A DNA stretch of 64,000 bases from Parcubacteria group bacterium (GCA_016181845.1 JACOYO010000002.1:20780-84779), one strand, 5' to 3'. Positions 1 through 10,075 are shown, counted from the first letter of the stretch. The notes: generated from the sequence alone by a model not told the origin. Numbers and translations are program-made.

Positions 1-2
1 CC

Positions 3-518
3 GACCAAAAAGAAAAAGATAAATTGTTTGATGAATTTTCTATCCAAGAAGCAGGCGTGGGTTTCGCAATAAACGCCATTAACAGAGGGGAAATCTCTTT
101 TTATAAACCTGAATATCGTGATTTTAGAGAATATCTCTTGCCACACATTACAAAAGATGCTGATTTTCAAGACGCTGTTCTGAAAAAAGCGGAAGAATAT
201 ATAAACAAAGACGATTTGTTTGAAGCCCATGTTTTGATTAAGCAATTTATTCCAAAAGAAATCGTGTTGAAAGAAAATATCCATTTGCATATCAAACAAT
301 CGCTTATCCGTATACTTGAAAACAAACGATTTTTAATTACCGATTTCAAAAAAGCGCTATTTAATTTCAGTGATTTTATACCGGAAGACGCTCTTTTTGA
401 GCCGGAGATGCAAAAAGCGGCAAAAAAGGCGATTGCGAGATTGTCAAAAGAGGGGATAAATAATGAAACCATATTGCCCGACATTCTTGCAATGAAGGCA
501 TTGTTTCACATTGATTAA
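3..518 (+). CDS. hypothetical protein, 5'-partial (reading frame open to window start; track start is TTG at 24)
   Basis: ORF track 24..518; no in-frame stop upstream to position 3; no recognisable motif. Confidence 0.4.
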   Translation, partial: DQKEKDKLFDEFSIQEAGVGFAINAINRGEISFYKPEYRDFREYLLPHITKDADFQDAVLKKAEEYINKDDLFEAHVLIKQFIPKEIVLKENIHLHIKQSLIRILENKRFLITDFKKALFNFSDFIPEDALFEPEMQKAAKKAIARLSKEGINNETILPDILAMKALFHID

Positions 519-534
519 GTTGTTGTTAAAAACA

Positions 535-1761
535 TTATCTATCAAGCTCCGTTATCAACTGTTCTGTAAGAGTTGGGAGCATTTGTTCTGCAAACGCCCG
601 CATAAATGGTTCGGTGTTTCCTTCTTCAAACACGTTTGAGAGAGTTGTGTTTGTTTCTTTTTGAAACGTCCTGCTTACATACGAAGATGTGATGGCCCGT
701 AATTCGCGTTCTCCTGTGGTTTTCCCCTCGGTGCTGGTAGTTATCATTCCAACAAGTTTTCCGCTTTCTTGGCTCACAATAGCCCCGCCAGAAGACCCTT
801 TTTGAGAGATAATGTTTCCTTGCACCTCCATCAAATCAACAGACGGGACAGAGTCTGAAAATGTAAAAATGGATTGAATTTCTCCAATACTGGAAACAAG
901 CGACAATTCTCTTTGCAAAAACGCATCGCTTAAAAATTCAGCTGGGTAGCCGGCAAGCAGTACAGAACGATTTCCAACAAGGTTATTTTCGTCGGTTTCT
1001 ATATCAATAAATGGAAATGCTTTTGGTTTTTCTCCTCCGTCTGTCGGATTGCCTATAGACAAGAGCGCGTAATCGTACTGTCCTGTTCCTGTAGGATTTT
1101 GTGTTGAAATATCTTTTGCATGCACCTTCACCCACACCGGCGAGATAAATACCAAATCAAGCCCGAATGTCCGGTTGTTGCCGTCTCCTTGCCTCATCAT
1201 GCAAGAAATGAAGTTTTCTGTCTGATAATTCTTCAATAAAAAGTATTGTCCAACATGCGCGTTGGTAAGAATAATTCCATTGCTGGATATAATAATACCG
1301 CTTCCTGTAATGGGGGCGAGAGCTCCATCCGACTTGGTGGTACAAAAAATGTTCACCACCGCAGGACGAACCCTCTTGTTCAGTTCGGCAAACGGAACGC
1401 TCTCTTTGGTGGTGGATTTTTTTTCTTCTTCTTTCACAAGCGCGGAAAATTGTTTTGTGAGAGTGTTTGTTTCTTCAATTAATTTTTCAAGACGGTTGAT
1501 TGCCGTTTGTTTTTCTTTTGTTTCTTTGTTTTGTGAGTTGGCGGCAACTTCTACTGAAATTGTTTTGTTTGTATCTTCTTTTACTGCGGTTGTTTGTTGT
1601 TCTTTTTTTTCAACAAGAACCGCGGTGTTTGTTTCTGAAAAGTTTTCTTTGGCGGTCTGTTCTGTTTTTGGTTGGACATGAAAAATACCGGCAATAACCA
1701 TACCGACACCAACAATAAAAGCGATTGTTTTTGACGCAAAAACGCCAGCGAGTTCAAACAT
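535..1761 (-). CDS. membrane-anchored trypsin-like (S1/HtrA-like) serine protease
   Basis: N-terminal TM helix; TNAHV (His) and GSSGGA (GDSGG-like Ser) motifs; long K/E-rich linker. Confidence 0.55.
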   Translation of the reverse strand: MFELAGVFASKTIAFIVGVGMVIAGIFHVQPKTEQTAKENFSETNTAVLVEKKEQQTTAVKEDTNKTISVEVAANSQNKETKEKQTAINRLEKLIEETNTLTKQFSALVKEEEKKSTTKESVPFAELNKRVRPAVVNIFCTTKSDGALAPITGSGIIISSNGIILTNAHVGQYFLLKNYQTENFISCMMRQGDGNNRTFGLDLVFISPVWVKVHAKDISTQNPTGTGQYDYALLSIGNPTDGGEKPKAFPFIDIETDENNLVGNRSVLLAGYPAEFLSDAFLQRELSLVSSIGEIQSIFTFSDSVPSVDLMEVQGNIISQKGSSGGAIVSQESGKLVGMITTSTEGKTTGERELRAITSSYVSRTFQKETNTTLSNVFEEGNTEPFMRAFAEQMLPTLTEQLITELDR

Positions 1762-1808
1762 ATAAATTGTTAAATAAATTGTGCTTCATATATCAACACT
1801 GACCATTT

Positions 1809-1887
1809 AGACGTCCGACCTCTGACGTAGTAATTATTTTATTTGTTGCCAATGCCGATGTTTTACCGATTCAGAGGTCGGACGTCT
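1809..1887 (-). repeat. family-A palindromic REP/MITE-like element, copy 1 (reverse orientation), followed by the GTTTCGTAGTTCAAAATAT motif
   Basis: AGACGTCCGACCTCTGA...TCAGAGGTCGGACGTCT arms around a conserved ~40-nt core that is the reverse complement of copies 2-5. Confidence 0.85.
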
Positions 1888-1924
1888 TAATGTTTCGTAG
1901 TTCAAAATATATTTACCAACCACA

Positions 1925-2158
1925 TCACACCAACGGGTCGTGTGTGTGTTTTTGCCACGGGTGACATCGCGCGACACGAATAATAGACAAAAAAATCCCT
2001 TTGATTACGCCGTATTTCATAATCGCTTCTTTTGCGTATTGAGAACAGGTCGGATAAAAAACACAAGTGTTTTGACGCGACGACAATACGCCGGTATCGG
2101 GAGAAAAAAATTTCTGATACTGATTAATGATGGCTAGAATGATTGTTTTTGTGTTCAT
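1925..2158 (-). CDS. yidD: membrane protein insertion efficiency factor YidD
   Basis: 77 aa; FYPTCSQYAKEAI...RCHPW signature; position after rnpA. Confidence 0.8.
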   Translation of the reverse strand: MNTKTIILAIINQYQKFFSPDTGVLSSRQNTCVFYPTCSQYAKEAIMKYGVIKGIFLSIIRVARCHPWQKHTHDPLV

Positions 2159-2162
2159 AGTG

Positions 2163-2504
2163 TTACGACCATGCTCCTATTTTTTTTAACAACGTCTCAA
2201 TTTCCGCATGAAAACCTGCCGGAGATAATTTTTCCGCGCCCTTTTTTAATAAAAACGCCGCCACAAAAGATGGTTTGATTGTTTTTTTATTCCTTTGCAA
2301 AAAAGCATAGCCGCGTCTTTTCAGTTTGTTTCTTTCTGTCGCTTTTGCGGCAACTTTTTTTGACACAACAAAAGCAAAGCGTGATGGAAACATTTCATCT
2401 TTTTTAGAAAACAAAACAGATAAAAGCGGCGATGAGACGCTTTTTTTTCGGCTTAAAATATTTTTGAAGAGCATCCGCGAAATTTTTTGTTTTTTTGCGA
2501 GCAT
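2163..2504 (-). CDS. rnpA: ribonuclease P protein component
   Basis: 113 aa, basic; ATERNKLKRRGYAFL motif; synteny rpmH-rnpA-yidD. Confidence 0.8.
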   Translation of the reverse strand: MLAKKQKISRMLFKNILSRKKSVSSPLLSVLFSKKDEMFPSRFAFVVSKKVAAKATERNKLKRRGYAFLQRNKKTIKPSFVAAFLLKKGAEKLSPAGFHAEIETLLKKIGAWS

Positions 2505-2535
2505 GCAAAGCGTATTTTTTGTTTTTTAAACAAAA

Positions 2536-2670
2536 TTACACCGAAAGCCGCGAGCGGCCCTTTCTTCGGCGGCGCCGTATAACATTTTTTCCTGTTTTAC
2601 TTCGCAAACGAACCAAAAAACCGTGTGTTTTGGCTCGTTTTCTTTTTTTTGGTTGATAAGTGATTGACAT
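2536..2670 (-). CDS. rpmH: 50S ribosomal protein L34 (absent from ORF track, below 60 aa)
   Basis: Manual minus-strand translation: [44 protein letters not shown], 44 aa, canonical L34; divergent from dnaA. Confidence 0.85.
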   Translation of the reverse strand: MSITYQPKKRKRAKTHGFLVRLRSKTGKNVIRRRRRKGRSRLSV

Positions 2671-2828
2671 GGTGTTGAAAGTTGAAATTAGAAATCAAAA
2701 AGTATGGATAAAAATCGTTTTGTTTTTTTGCGCCCGCAATTGATGTTATACACATAGTATTAACATACTGTGCACTTTTTAACAAGTTTCTTATTTAACA
2801 ACATCATACTATAATCATCAGTAACCTG
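2671..2828. promoter_or_regulatory. rpmH-dnaA divergent promoter region with DnaA-box-like 9-mers (TTATCCATA, TTATACACA)
   Basis: Intergenic, AT-rich; 8/9 matches to TTATCCACA. Confidence 0.4.
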
Positions 2829-4193
2829 ATGTTACTACACTCATCTTTTATGGGAGACACAAAACAATTGTGGCACGACACATTAAATGAAATAGAGACA
2901 AGTGTGTCAAAAGCAAATTTTAGCACGTGGTTTAAGCATACCCACGTGCTAAAACAAGACGACGGGGTAGTGCACGTTGGTGTCCCGAACCCGTTTGTGA
3001 AGGATTGGCTTCAAAGCAAGTACCATAAGCTTATTTTGAAGTCGCTTCGTGGAATTTGCGATGGGGTTCGCGGTGTTGAATATGTTATCTCAAAAGACTC
3101 TGGTGTTGAAGAACCTGTGGTTATTTCTTTTCCTGAAAAAGAGTTTCTTAACGAGCGTTTCCCGATCGGAGATCTTTCGGTAAACAAAGAAGATAATTTG
3201 AACCCGCGATATACGTTTGATACGTTTGTAATCGGAGCTTTTAACGAGACGGCCTACGCCGCGTCTCAAACCATCATAAAAACACCAGGGTCTGCGTTTA
3301 ATCCGTTTTGTGTGTATGGACCAACAGGGCTTGGGAAGACACACCTTATACAATCAATCGGCAACTACTTAAAAAAAGAGGGTGCGCGTGTTTTCTACAC
3401 AACATCAGAAAAATTTTCTCTTGACTACATTACATCCGTTCAAAACAATAAAATAAATGTTTTTAAGGAAAAATATCGCTCGTACGACGTGTTTATAATG
3501 GATGACATTCAGTTTCTGTCAAACAAAGAACGCACGCAAGAAGAGCTTTTCCATCTTTTTAACGTTTTGTACGACAACAATAAACAAATTATTTTTTCAT
3601 CAGACAAGCACCACAACTATATTCCAGGGCTTGAAGACCGCTTGAAGTCGCGCTTTAACGCCGGAATGAACGCCGACATAAATCCGCCGGAATATGAATC
3701 AAAAATCGCAATTTTGCGTGCAAAACTAAATCAGCATAATTTTATTCCTCAAGAGTCGGTCCTTGAATATATCGCGTCTTCAACAACATCAAACATACGC
3801 GAATTAGAGGGGATATTAAACATTATTGCCTTTCAAACACAATTAAAAAAACACTCACTTTCCATAAACGAAGTTCGCGAAATCATAAAAAACAGCACTC
3901 GTCCAAAAAAAACAAAGACAATAGAAGAGGTAATAAGAATTACTGCCGGTTTTTACAACATTGAAGAAGAAATTATCTACAAAAAGACACGGAGGAGGGA
4001 GGTGGTGCGTCCGCGGCAAATTATTATGTATCTCCTCCGTGAGGATTTTAGCACTTCTTTTCCTCTTATCGGACAAAAACTCGGAGGGAGAGATCATACG
4101 ACCGTCATTCACGCGTATGAAAAGATAAAAGAAGACCTGAAAAAAGACAGCACTTTAAACCACGAGATAACACAGATACGGACCATGATATGA
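2829..4193 (+). CDS. dnaA: chromosomal replication initiator DnaA (alternative start at 2850)
   Basis: GPTGLGKTHL Walker A; C-terminal DNA-binding domain; followed by dnaN. Confidence 0.95.
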   Translation: MLLHSSFMGDTKQLWHDTLNEIETSVSKANFSTWFKHTHVLKQDDGVVHVGVPNPFVKDWLQSKYHKLILKSLRGICDGVRGVEYVISKDSGVEEPVVISFPEKEFLNERFPIGDLSVNKEDNLNPRYTFDTFVIGAFNETAYAASQTIIKTPGSAFNPFCVYGPTGLGKTHLIQSIGNYLKKEGARVFYTTSEKFSLDYITSVQNNKINVFKEKYRSYDVFIMDDIQFLSNKERTQEELFHLFNVLYDNNKQIIFSSDKHHNYIPGLEDRLKSRFNAGMNADINPPEYESKIAILRAKLNQHNFIPQESVLEYIASSTTSNIRELEGILNIIAFQTQLKKHSLSINEVREIIKNSTRPKKTKTIEEVIRITAGFYNIEEEIIYKKTRRREVVRPRQIIMYLLREDFSTSFPLIGQKLGGRDHTTVIHAYEKIKEDLKKDSTLNHEITQIRTMI

Positions 4194-4473
4194 TGAGGTT
4201 TTGTTGTTGATATGTTTGTTGAAAACGAGTTTATAAAAAAGTAATTCCTGTTGAAAAAAATGTGACAAAAAAATATTTTTCTGAAAAACCAAAATAAAAA
4301 ATTTCTTTTCCACAGGAAACGCTTTGGTTGAGAGTAAAAAACCTTTTCTTTTTCGGAATAATAAAAATTATCAACATATCAACAGACATCATATCAATAT
4401 ATAATAATTTCTAACTTATATTCATTTATTATTATTTATTCAAATCGGACAAAAAATATTTTTCAACGCAAAC
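4194..4473. promoter_or_regulatory. candidate oriC: DnaA-box cluster plus AT-rich unwinding tract between dnaA and dnaN
   Basis: TTTTCCACA near 4300; tandem TTATCAACA/ATATCAACA/ATATCAATA at 4363-4395; AT run TATATAATAATTTCTAACTTATATTCATTTATTATTATTTATT. Confidence 0.5.
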
Positions 4474-5574
4474 ATGAAAGCAGAAACAATAATTGAAAAA
4501 ATAAAAATAGCCGCAACGACCGCGGAGAAAATGACCGGAAAAAACCTTTCTTTACCGGCGTTAAAATCAATTCTTCTTATTGCAAAACAAAAATCGGTCA
4601 TTATAAAAGCAACCAATCTTGATATAGGGATTGAATACGAAATCCCAGCAAAAGTTGAAGAAGAGGGGGTTGCCGCCATACCAGGCGCTATTCTTGGCGG
4701 AATGCTTTCCGGATTATCCGGAGAAGAAATCGTTTCCATTGAATCGGTAAACAACAATGTCCTTTTTTCAACAAAAAAGAATTCAACAGTGTTAAAGACA
4801 ACCCCGTACGAAGACTTTCCTCTCATTCCTAAAATTTCCAACGGAGAAAAAATGATTATCTCGGCGGAAAAATTAATATCCGGATTGAGGTCGGTGTGGT
4901 ATAGCGCCGCGCTATCGGACATTAAACCGGAAATAGCGAGTGTATATTTGTATCAAAATGAAAAAAACATCGTTTTTGTTGCAACAGATTCTTTTCGTTT
5001 GGCTGAAAAAAAGATAGAAAACAAAAAAGACACAAACGCTGACGGGGTCATTGTTCCGCTTAAAAATGTTTCAGAAATAATAAGGGTTTTTGGAGAAAGA
5101 AGTGGTGATATTGAGATACTTTTCAACAAAAACCAAATTTCGTTTGAAAACAACGGCGTTTATGTTTTTTCAAGGACAATAGACGGTGTTTTTCCAGATT
5201 ACCAGCAGATTATTCCAAAAGAACACACGACCGAGGCGATTGTTTTGAAAAAAGATTTTCAAAACGCGCTAAAAATAGCAACAATTTTTTCTGAAAAATT
5301 TAATCAGGTTGTTTTTACCATTAAACCAAAAGATTCTTATTTTGAAATAAAATCAAAAAATAGCGCTATCGGCGAAAATACAACAACCATGGATGCATCA
5401 ATTTCAGGTGAAGACATTGTTATGGGTTTTAACGCAAAATATATTTCTGACAGCATGCAATCAATCGCCGAAGACAGCATTCTTCTGCAGTTTAACGGCC
5501 CAAACAAGCCACTGGTGATAAAAGGACTGTCAAACAAAAGTTTTCGTTATTTGGTAATGCCAATGAATCGTTGA
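4474..5574 (+). CDS. dnaN: DNA polymerase III beta sliding clamp
   Basis: 366 aa; position after dnaA; clamp-like three-domain pattern. Confidence 0.9.
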   Translation: MKAETIIEKIKIAATTAEKMTGKNLSLPALKSILLIAKQKSVIIKATNLDIGIEYEIPAKVEEEGVAAIPGAILGGMLSGLSGEEIVSIESVNNNVLFSTKKNSTVLKTTPYEDFPLIPKISNGEKMIISAEKLISGLRSVWYSAALSDIKPEIASVYLYQNEKNIVFVATDSFRLAEKKIENKKDTNADGVIVPLKNVSEIIRVFGERSGDIEILFNKNQISFENNGVYVFSRTIDGVFPDYQQIIPKEHTTEAIVLKKDFQNALKIATIFSEKFNQVVFTIKPKDSYFEIKSKNSAIGENTTTMDASISGEDIVMGFNAKYISDSMQSIAEDSILLQFNGPNKPLVIKGLSNKSFRYLVMPMNR

Positions 5575-5589
5575 TTTTTTAAGAAACAC

Positions 5590-5850
5590 ATGGCGCTTCC
5601 CATTATAGATTTTTTAAAAAAATTCAAAACGTTTGTTCCTCAAGAAAAAATAATGAGAGACGAACTCATTCGTGTTGTGAAAGAAGAAACCGGTATTTTA
5701 TTGTCAAAAGAAAATATTTCTTTTCACAACAACATGGTTTTTATCAATACGTCCCCGACAATAAAAAACGAATTGTTTATGCGAAAAAAACACCTCCTTT
5801 CAGAGATGAAAAAAAAGATGGGAGATACCGCGCCTCACGATATACGTTAA
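5590..5850 (+). CDS. DUF721/DciA-like small protein downstream of dnaN
   Basis: 86 aa; C-terminal VFINTSPTIKNELFMRKKHLLSEM resembles the DUF721 'VxVDSSxWxQELxF...L' pattern; conserved post-dnaN position. Confidence 0.4.
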   Translation: MALPIIDFLKKFKTFVPQEKIMRDELIRVVKEETGILLSKENISFHNNMVFINTSPTIKNELFMRKKHLLSEMKKKMGDTAPHDIR

Positions 5851-5856
5851 AAAACA

Positions 5857-8370
5857 CTAAAAAACAACTCTAAATTCTTGCGTTGCAGAACTCTTGTTGA
5901 AAACAGAGTCGGTTGAGATTACCCGCAGTGTGTTGATTTCTTTTATGTCTACAATATCATCAGGAATGAAAGAAAAAATAAACGGCTCTTTTTTTACCGA
6001 CCCCGCATATACATCGTTGATAAAATAATCAACAGACGAAAGGGGAAATCGCAGTTGTTTATTCAACAAAACACTTATTTTCGCGCCCACAGGATACAAA
6101 ATGGATTGTGTCGGTGAAACAATGGTTATTTTTGGAGAAAGAGCCGGTGTATGAATATCATCCGTTTCTGTCGGCGGAACAACAGAAGAAGACTGCAATA
6201 AACCATTAGAGAGCGCCCATTTTTGGACGGCAGTTTCCCATAAAACAAACTGCGGGTCTTGCTCAGGACGCTCTAGAGGAGCTCCAAGCGGATTGTTTTT
6301 GTCAATCCAGTATAAAATTGAATGGATGTTTGGTATAACACGCTCGTCGCGAGTTTCTTTTGGGGTGTACTCGGTTGCAAGTTTTCCGGAAATAGTATCA
6401 ACAAAGTATGTTTCACCGCCTTTCCATATACCACGGAGGATCGGCTTTGTGTTTTCATTTTTTATTTCTTGCGGGGTTTTAAATTTTTCATTTGGAGTTT
6501 TTTTGATAACTTCCTGCATAAACTCATTCCACATCGGGGCAATAATGAAACCAGCCACCTTTTTTTCCATTGGAGAATTATCGTTGTTTCCAGCCCACGC
6601 GCCAACCGCTATTCCTGTGGTATACCCGACAATCCAAGCATCGCGATAATCGTTTGTTGTTCCTGTTTTTGCCGCGACATCTCGCCCGGGGAAGAAAAGG
6701 TACGACTGTTCTCCGAAAGCCGGAGCGCGAGCTTCGTTGTCGGATAACACGCTTGATATTTGAAGAGCGACCCCTTCATCAAGAACCCGTTCCGGGCGCT
6801 CCTCGGCGTTTTCAAGTACGTTGCCCACAGCGTCTTCAACATGAAGAATGCCGCGTGGGGTATTTTTTATTCCATTGTTTGCGAAAACCCCATACGCGCC
6901 TGTGATATCTAAAAGAGAAACCTCACCACCGCCCAAAACAAGCGTGAGACCATAGCGATTCGCGTCTCCGGAAATATCAATTCCCATGCTTTGCGCGGTG
7001 CGAATAGAATCACCAATTCCTGAAAGATACAACACTTTGATTGCCGGAATATTGATAGATTGAGCGAGGGCGGTTCGCAACGACACCGGACCGCGAAATA
7101 CCCCATCGTAATTTTCAGGCATATAACACGCATCAGGGTCTCCTTCGGGAGAATAGGGCTTTCCTTCCGGCGTACAGGTTGTCTGAAATTCTGTCTCCAC
7201 ATCAAACACAACCGTGTCCGGCGAATATCCTTTTTTGAACGCGGTTGCGTATACAAACGGCTTGAACGCCGACCCTGGTTGGCGATGAGACAATGCGACA
7301 TTAAAATTTCCATCAATAGCACTGTCAAAATAATTGCGTGAACCAACCATTACCAAAATATCTCCTGTTTTTGGTTCTACCGCCACAAGCCCCGCGTTTG
7401 AAGCGTTGAATTTTTTTTCATTTTCAAGCGCGTTTCGCGACACAATATCTTCCGCTGTTTTTTGTAGTTCGTAATCAAGCGTCGTAATAACTTTTAACCC
7501 GCCGTTGTTTACCACTTCTTTTCCATACTTTTCTTCAAGGTAAGAACGGATAAACATCACAAAGTGCGGCGCTTTTATGCTCTGCTCTTCCTGTGGAGCA
7601 AAAAGCACCTTCTCTTCGCGTGCTTTTTTGTATTCGTCTTCTGAAATAAACTTAAGTTCTAACATGCGGTCAAGAACAAAATTCTTTCTTTCTTCAAGTT
7701 TGTCGCGATGGATTCCATACGGAGAATAGTAAGTCGGAGCGTTTGGAAGAGCGGCTAGATACGCCGCTTCGGCTAGGGTGACATCTTTTGCTTTTTTACC
7801 AAAAAACGCGAGACTCGCTTCCTCAATTCCGTATAGGTTTCCTCCATACGGAGATTCGTTCAGATATAATCCCAAAATTTGCTCTTTGCTGGCGATTTTT
7901 TCAAGCTTGAGCGCGAGCACCCATTCTTTGAGTTTGCGCGAAATTTTCTTTTCGGTCGTAAGCAGGGAATTCTTTACCACTTGTTGTGTAATGGTGGAAC
8001 CGCCCTGGCTGAAACCGAGCTTTGTGATGTTAACCAATATCGCGCGAATAATGGCTTTTGGTTTGATTCCGTTGTGCTGATAAAATTCAGCATCCTCAAT
8101 CGCCACTGCGGCGTTTTTTATGTTGCGTGAAATTTCACCATACGGAACAACCGTACGCCGCAAGTTGCTCCCAAGGTCAAACAAAAGGACTTCGCCGGTG
8201 CGGTCGTATATTTTTGTTGATTGAACCACTTGCCGCGCGTCAAACGTGTCAAACGACGGCATGGTAATGGTTGAAAACCAAAAAAGGAGCAATCCTGCGA
8301 ACAAAAAGCATAGAGCGACAAAACCAACAAGAACGTCAATCAATTTTTGATGGCGGCGGTGTTTTGCCAT
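5857..8370 (-). CDS. mrcA: class A penicillin-binding protein 1A (glycosyltransferase + transpeptidase) with C-terminal extension; start trimmed to an internal Met
   Basis: GT51 motifs EDAEFYQHNG...QGGSTITQQ; SAFKPF (SxxK); N-terminal TM helix. Confidence 0.85.
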   Translation of the reverse strand: MAKHRRHQKLIDVLVGFVALCFLFAGLLLFWFSTITMPSFDTFDARQVVQSTKIYDRTGEVLLFDLGSNLRRTVVPYGEISRNIKNAAVAIEDAEFYQHNGIKPKAIIRAILVNITKLGFSQGGSTITQQVVKNSLLTTEKKISRKLKEWVLALKLEKIASKEQILGLYLNESPYGGNLYGIEEASLAFFGKKAKDVTLAEAAYLAALPNAPTYYSPYGIHRDKLEERKNFVLDRMLELKFISEDEYKKAREEKVLFAPQEEQSIKAPHFVMFIRSYLEEKYGKEVVNNGGLKVITTLDYELQKTAEDIVSRNALENEKKFNASNAGLVAVEPKTGDILVMVGSRNYFDSAIDGNFNVALSHRQPGSAFKPFVYATAFKKGYSPDTVVFDVETEFQTTCTPEGKPYSPEGDPDACYMPENYDGVFRGPVSLRTALAQSINIPAIKVLYLSGIGDSIRTAQSMGIDISGDANRYGLTLVLGGGEVSLLDITGAYGVFANNGIKNTPRGILHVEDAVGNVLENAEERPERVLDEGVALQISSVLSDNEARAPAFGEQSYLFFPGRDVAAKTGTTNDYRDAWIVGYTTGIAVGAWAGNNDNSPMEKKVAGFIIAPMWNEFMQEVIKKTPNEKFKTPQEIKNENTKPILRGIWKGGETYFVDTISGKLATEYTPKETRDERVIPNIHSILYWIDKNNPLGAPLERPEQDPQFVLWETAVQKWALSNGLLQSSSVVPPTETDDIHTPALSPKITIVSPTQSILYPVGAKISVLLNKQLRFPLSSVDYFINDVYAGSVKKEPFIFSFIPDDIVDIKEINTLRVISTDSVFNKSSATQEFRVVF

Positions 8371-8441
8371 ATAGCAGAAAATATACCACAAAACAAGGAG
8401 ATTACATAGCCGCCACACGTGAAACATGCTACGATACAAAC

Positions 8442-9632
8442 ATGGGGACAAACAAAGACGGGGAAAAAATAAACGAAATGCTCACTCGCGGAGTGGAAGA
8501 AGTTTTTGTGCTGAAACACCTGGAAGAAGCGCTTTTGTCGGGAAAAAAACTGCGGGTGAAATATGGCATTGACCCGACCGGACCATCTATTCATCTTGGA
8601 CGCGCGAGCACGTTAAGAAAAGTGAAAGCGTTTCAGGACGCGGGACACCAGATTGTGCTTGTGGTCGGGGATTTTACCGCGCGCATCGGCGACCCATCCG
8701 ACAAACTGGAAAAACGTCCGATGCTCTCGCGAGAAAAAGTGGAAGAAAACACCCGAGAATATGAGGCGCTTTTAGGAAAAATTTTAGACTTGAACCACGT
8801 GGAGATTCGCCTCAACAGCGAATGGCTTTCAAACTTGCGATTTGATGAAGTGGCCGACCTTGCCGAAAGCTTCTCTGTCCAGCAGATGAGCGCGCGGAGA
8901 AATTTCAAAGACAGGATGGAGCGGGGGGAGGAGATAAGTTTGCGCGAGTTTTTATATCCGCTCATGCAGGGATACGATTCGTTTGCCGTGCGGGCGGATG
9001 TTGAAATCGGCGGTTTTGACCAGTTATTTAATTTGCAGGCGGGACGCGCGGTGCAAAAACACTATGGACAGCCGGAACAAGATATCATCACCACAGAAAT
9101 GCTTCCGGGCACTGACGGCAGAAAGATGTCAACTTCGTGGAAAAATGTGATAAACATTAACGACGAGCCGAATGATATGTTTGGAAAAATTATGTCGCTT
9201 GATGACAAGTTGATTAACAATTATTTTATTCTTTGCACCGACCTCTCTTCTCCTGACATTGAAAACATTATTAAAAAACACTCTAATCCGCGCGACCAAA
9301 AAATGATTCTTGGAAAAGAAATTGTCGCGCTCTATCACAACAAAGAAGCGGGGGACGCGGCAGAAGCGGTTTTTATCAAAACGTTTCAAAAAAAAGAAAT
9401 GCCGGACAACACGAAAGAATTCATTGCTCCGGCGGAAAGTTTTTTAAGCGACGTTCTCATTGATGGGGGAATCGTGCCGTCAAAAAGCGAATGGAAACGG
9501 CTTGTTGAAGGGGGGGCGGTTCACGATGTTTTAAATAAAACAGTCATTAAAGATTTGCGCGCGACTCTAAACAATAAGCCGCTTTCTTTAAAAATCGGCA
9601 AAAAAGTTTTTGTTAAAATTATTCCGGAATAA
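8442..9632 (+). CDS. tyrS: tyrosyl-tRNA synthetase (start trimmed; the track ORF overlaps the PBP gene)
   Basis: GIDPTGPSIHLGRA...AGHQIVLVVGDFTARIGDPS matches the TyrRS HIGH region; KMSTS motif. Confidence 0.8.
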   Translation: MGTNKDGEKINEMLTRGVEEVFVLKHLEEALLSGKKLRVKYGIDPTGPSIHLGRASTLRKVKAFQDAGHQIVLVVGDFTARIGDPSDKLEKRPMLSREKVEENTREYEALLGKILDLNHVEIRLNSEWLSNLRFDEVADLAESFSVQQMSARRNFKDRMERGEEISLREFLYPLMQGYDSFAVRADVEIGGFDQLFNLQAGRAVQKHYGQPEQDIITTEMLPGTDGRKMSTSWKNVININDEPNDMFGKIMSLDDKLINNYFILCTDLSSPDIENIIKKHSNPRDQKMILGKEIVALYHNKEAGDAAEAVFIKTFQKKEMPDNTKEFIAPAESFLSDVLIDGGIVPSKSEWKRLVEGGAVHDVLNKTVIKDLRATLNNKPLSLKIGKKVFVKIIPE

Positions 9633-9663
9633 TTCTCTTTCCTGTCGGCAATGTTGCACAAAA

Positions 9664-9704
9664 AAAACAACACCCCGTGTTATACGCGGAGTGTTGTTTT
9701 TTAC
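9664..9704 (+). terminator. rho-independent terminator after tyrS
   Basis: AACAACACCCCGTG...GCGGAGTGTTGTTTTTT hairpin with T-run. Confidence 0.6.
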
Positions 9705-9711
9705 CATTAAA

Positions 9712-9882
9712 TTAATATCCCGATTCGCTTTCTTCAACCCCGTCACCTTTTTCGCCCGCGTCATCCGTGTCGTCTTCTTTTTCCTCTCCAAACTCATCTT
9801 CGTCTCCTGTGTCATCGCCTTCTATCTCATCGGTATCGCCGATATAAAGCTCATCGTTTGCAAGATATTGGTCTGTACTCAT
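9712..9882 (-). CDS. very acidic 56-aa hypothetical protein (not in ORF track)
   Basis: Manual translation MSTDQYLANDELYIGDTDEIEGDDTGDEDEFGEEKEDDTDDAGEKGDGVEESESGY; no clear SD. Confidence 0.25.
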   Translation of the reverse strand: MSTDQYLANDELYIGDTDEIEGDDTGDEDEFGEEKEDDTDDAGEKGDGVEESESGY

Positions 9883-10075
9883 GATAAAGATTATTTTTGT
9901 CTTTCAAATTAATGCGACCTTTTATAATTATATTTTTGCCGAAAAAACAGGCAAAAAATTATCTTATTCTTTGTATCAAACATAAAAATTTTTGCAATAC
10001 CCACTGCCCGCCGCTGTGGATAATTCTTTTGCGCATACCACAGCGTGCTGTTTTTAAGAAAGATTTTGCCGATTT

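Noticed and set aside
2597-2785. 62-aa track ORF on the minus strand upstream of rnpA
   Set aside because: Wrong frame. The real gene here is the 44-aa rpmH (2536-2670), which has a perfect L34 sequence.
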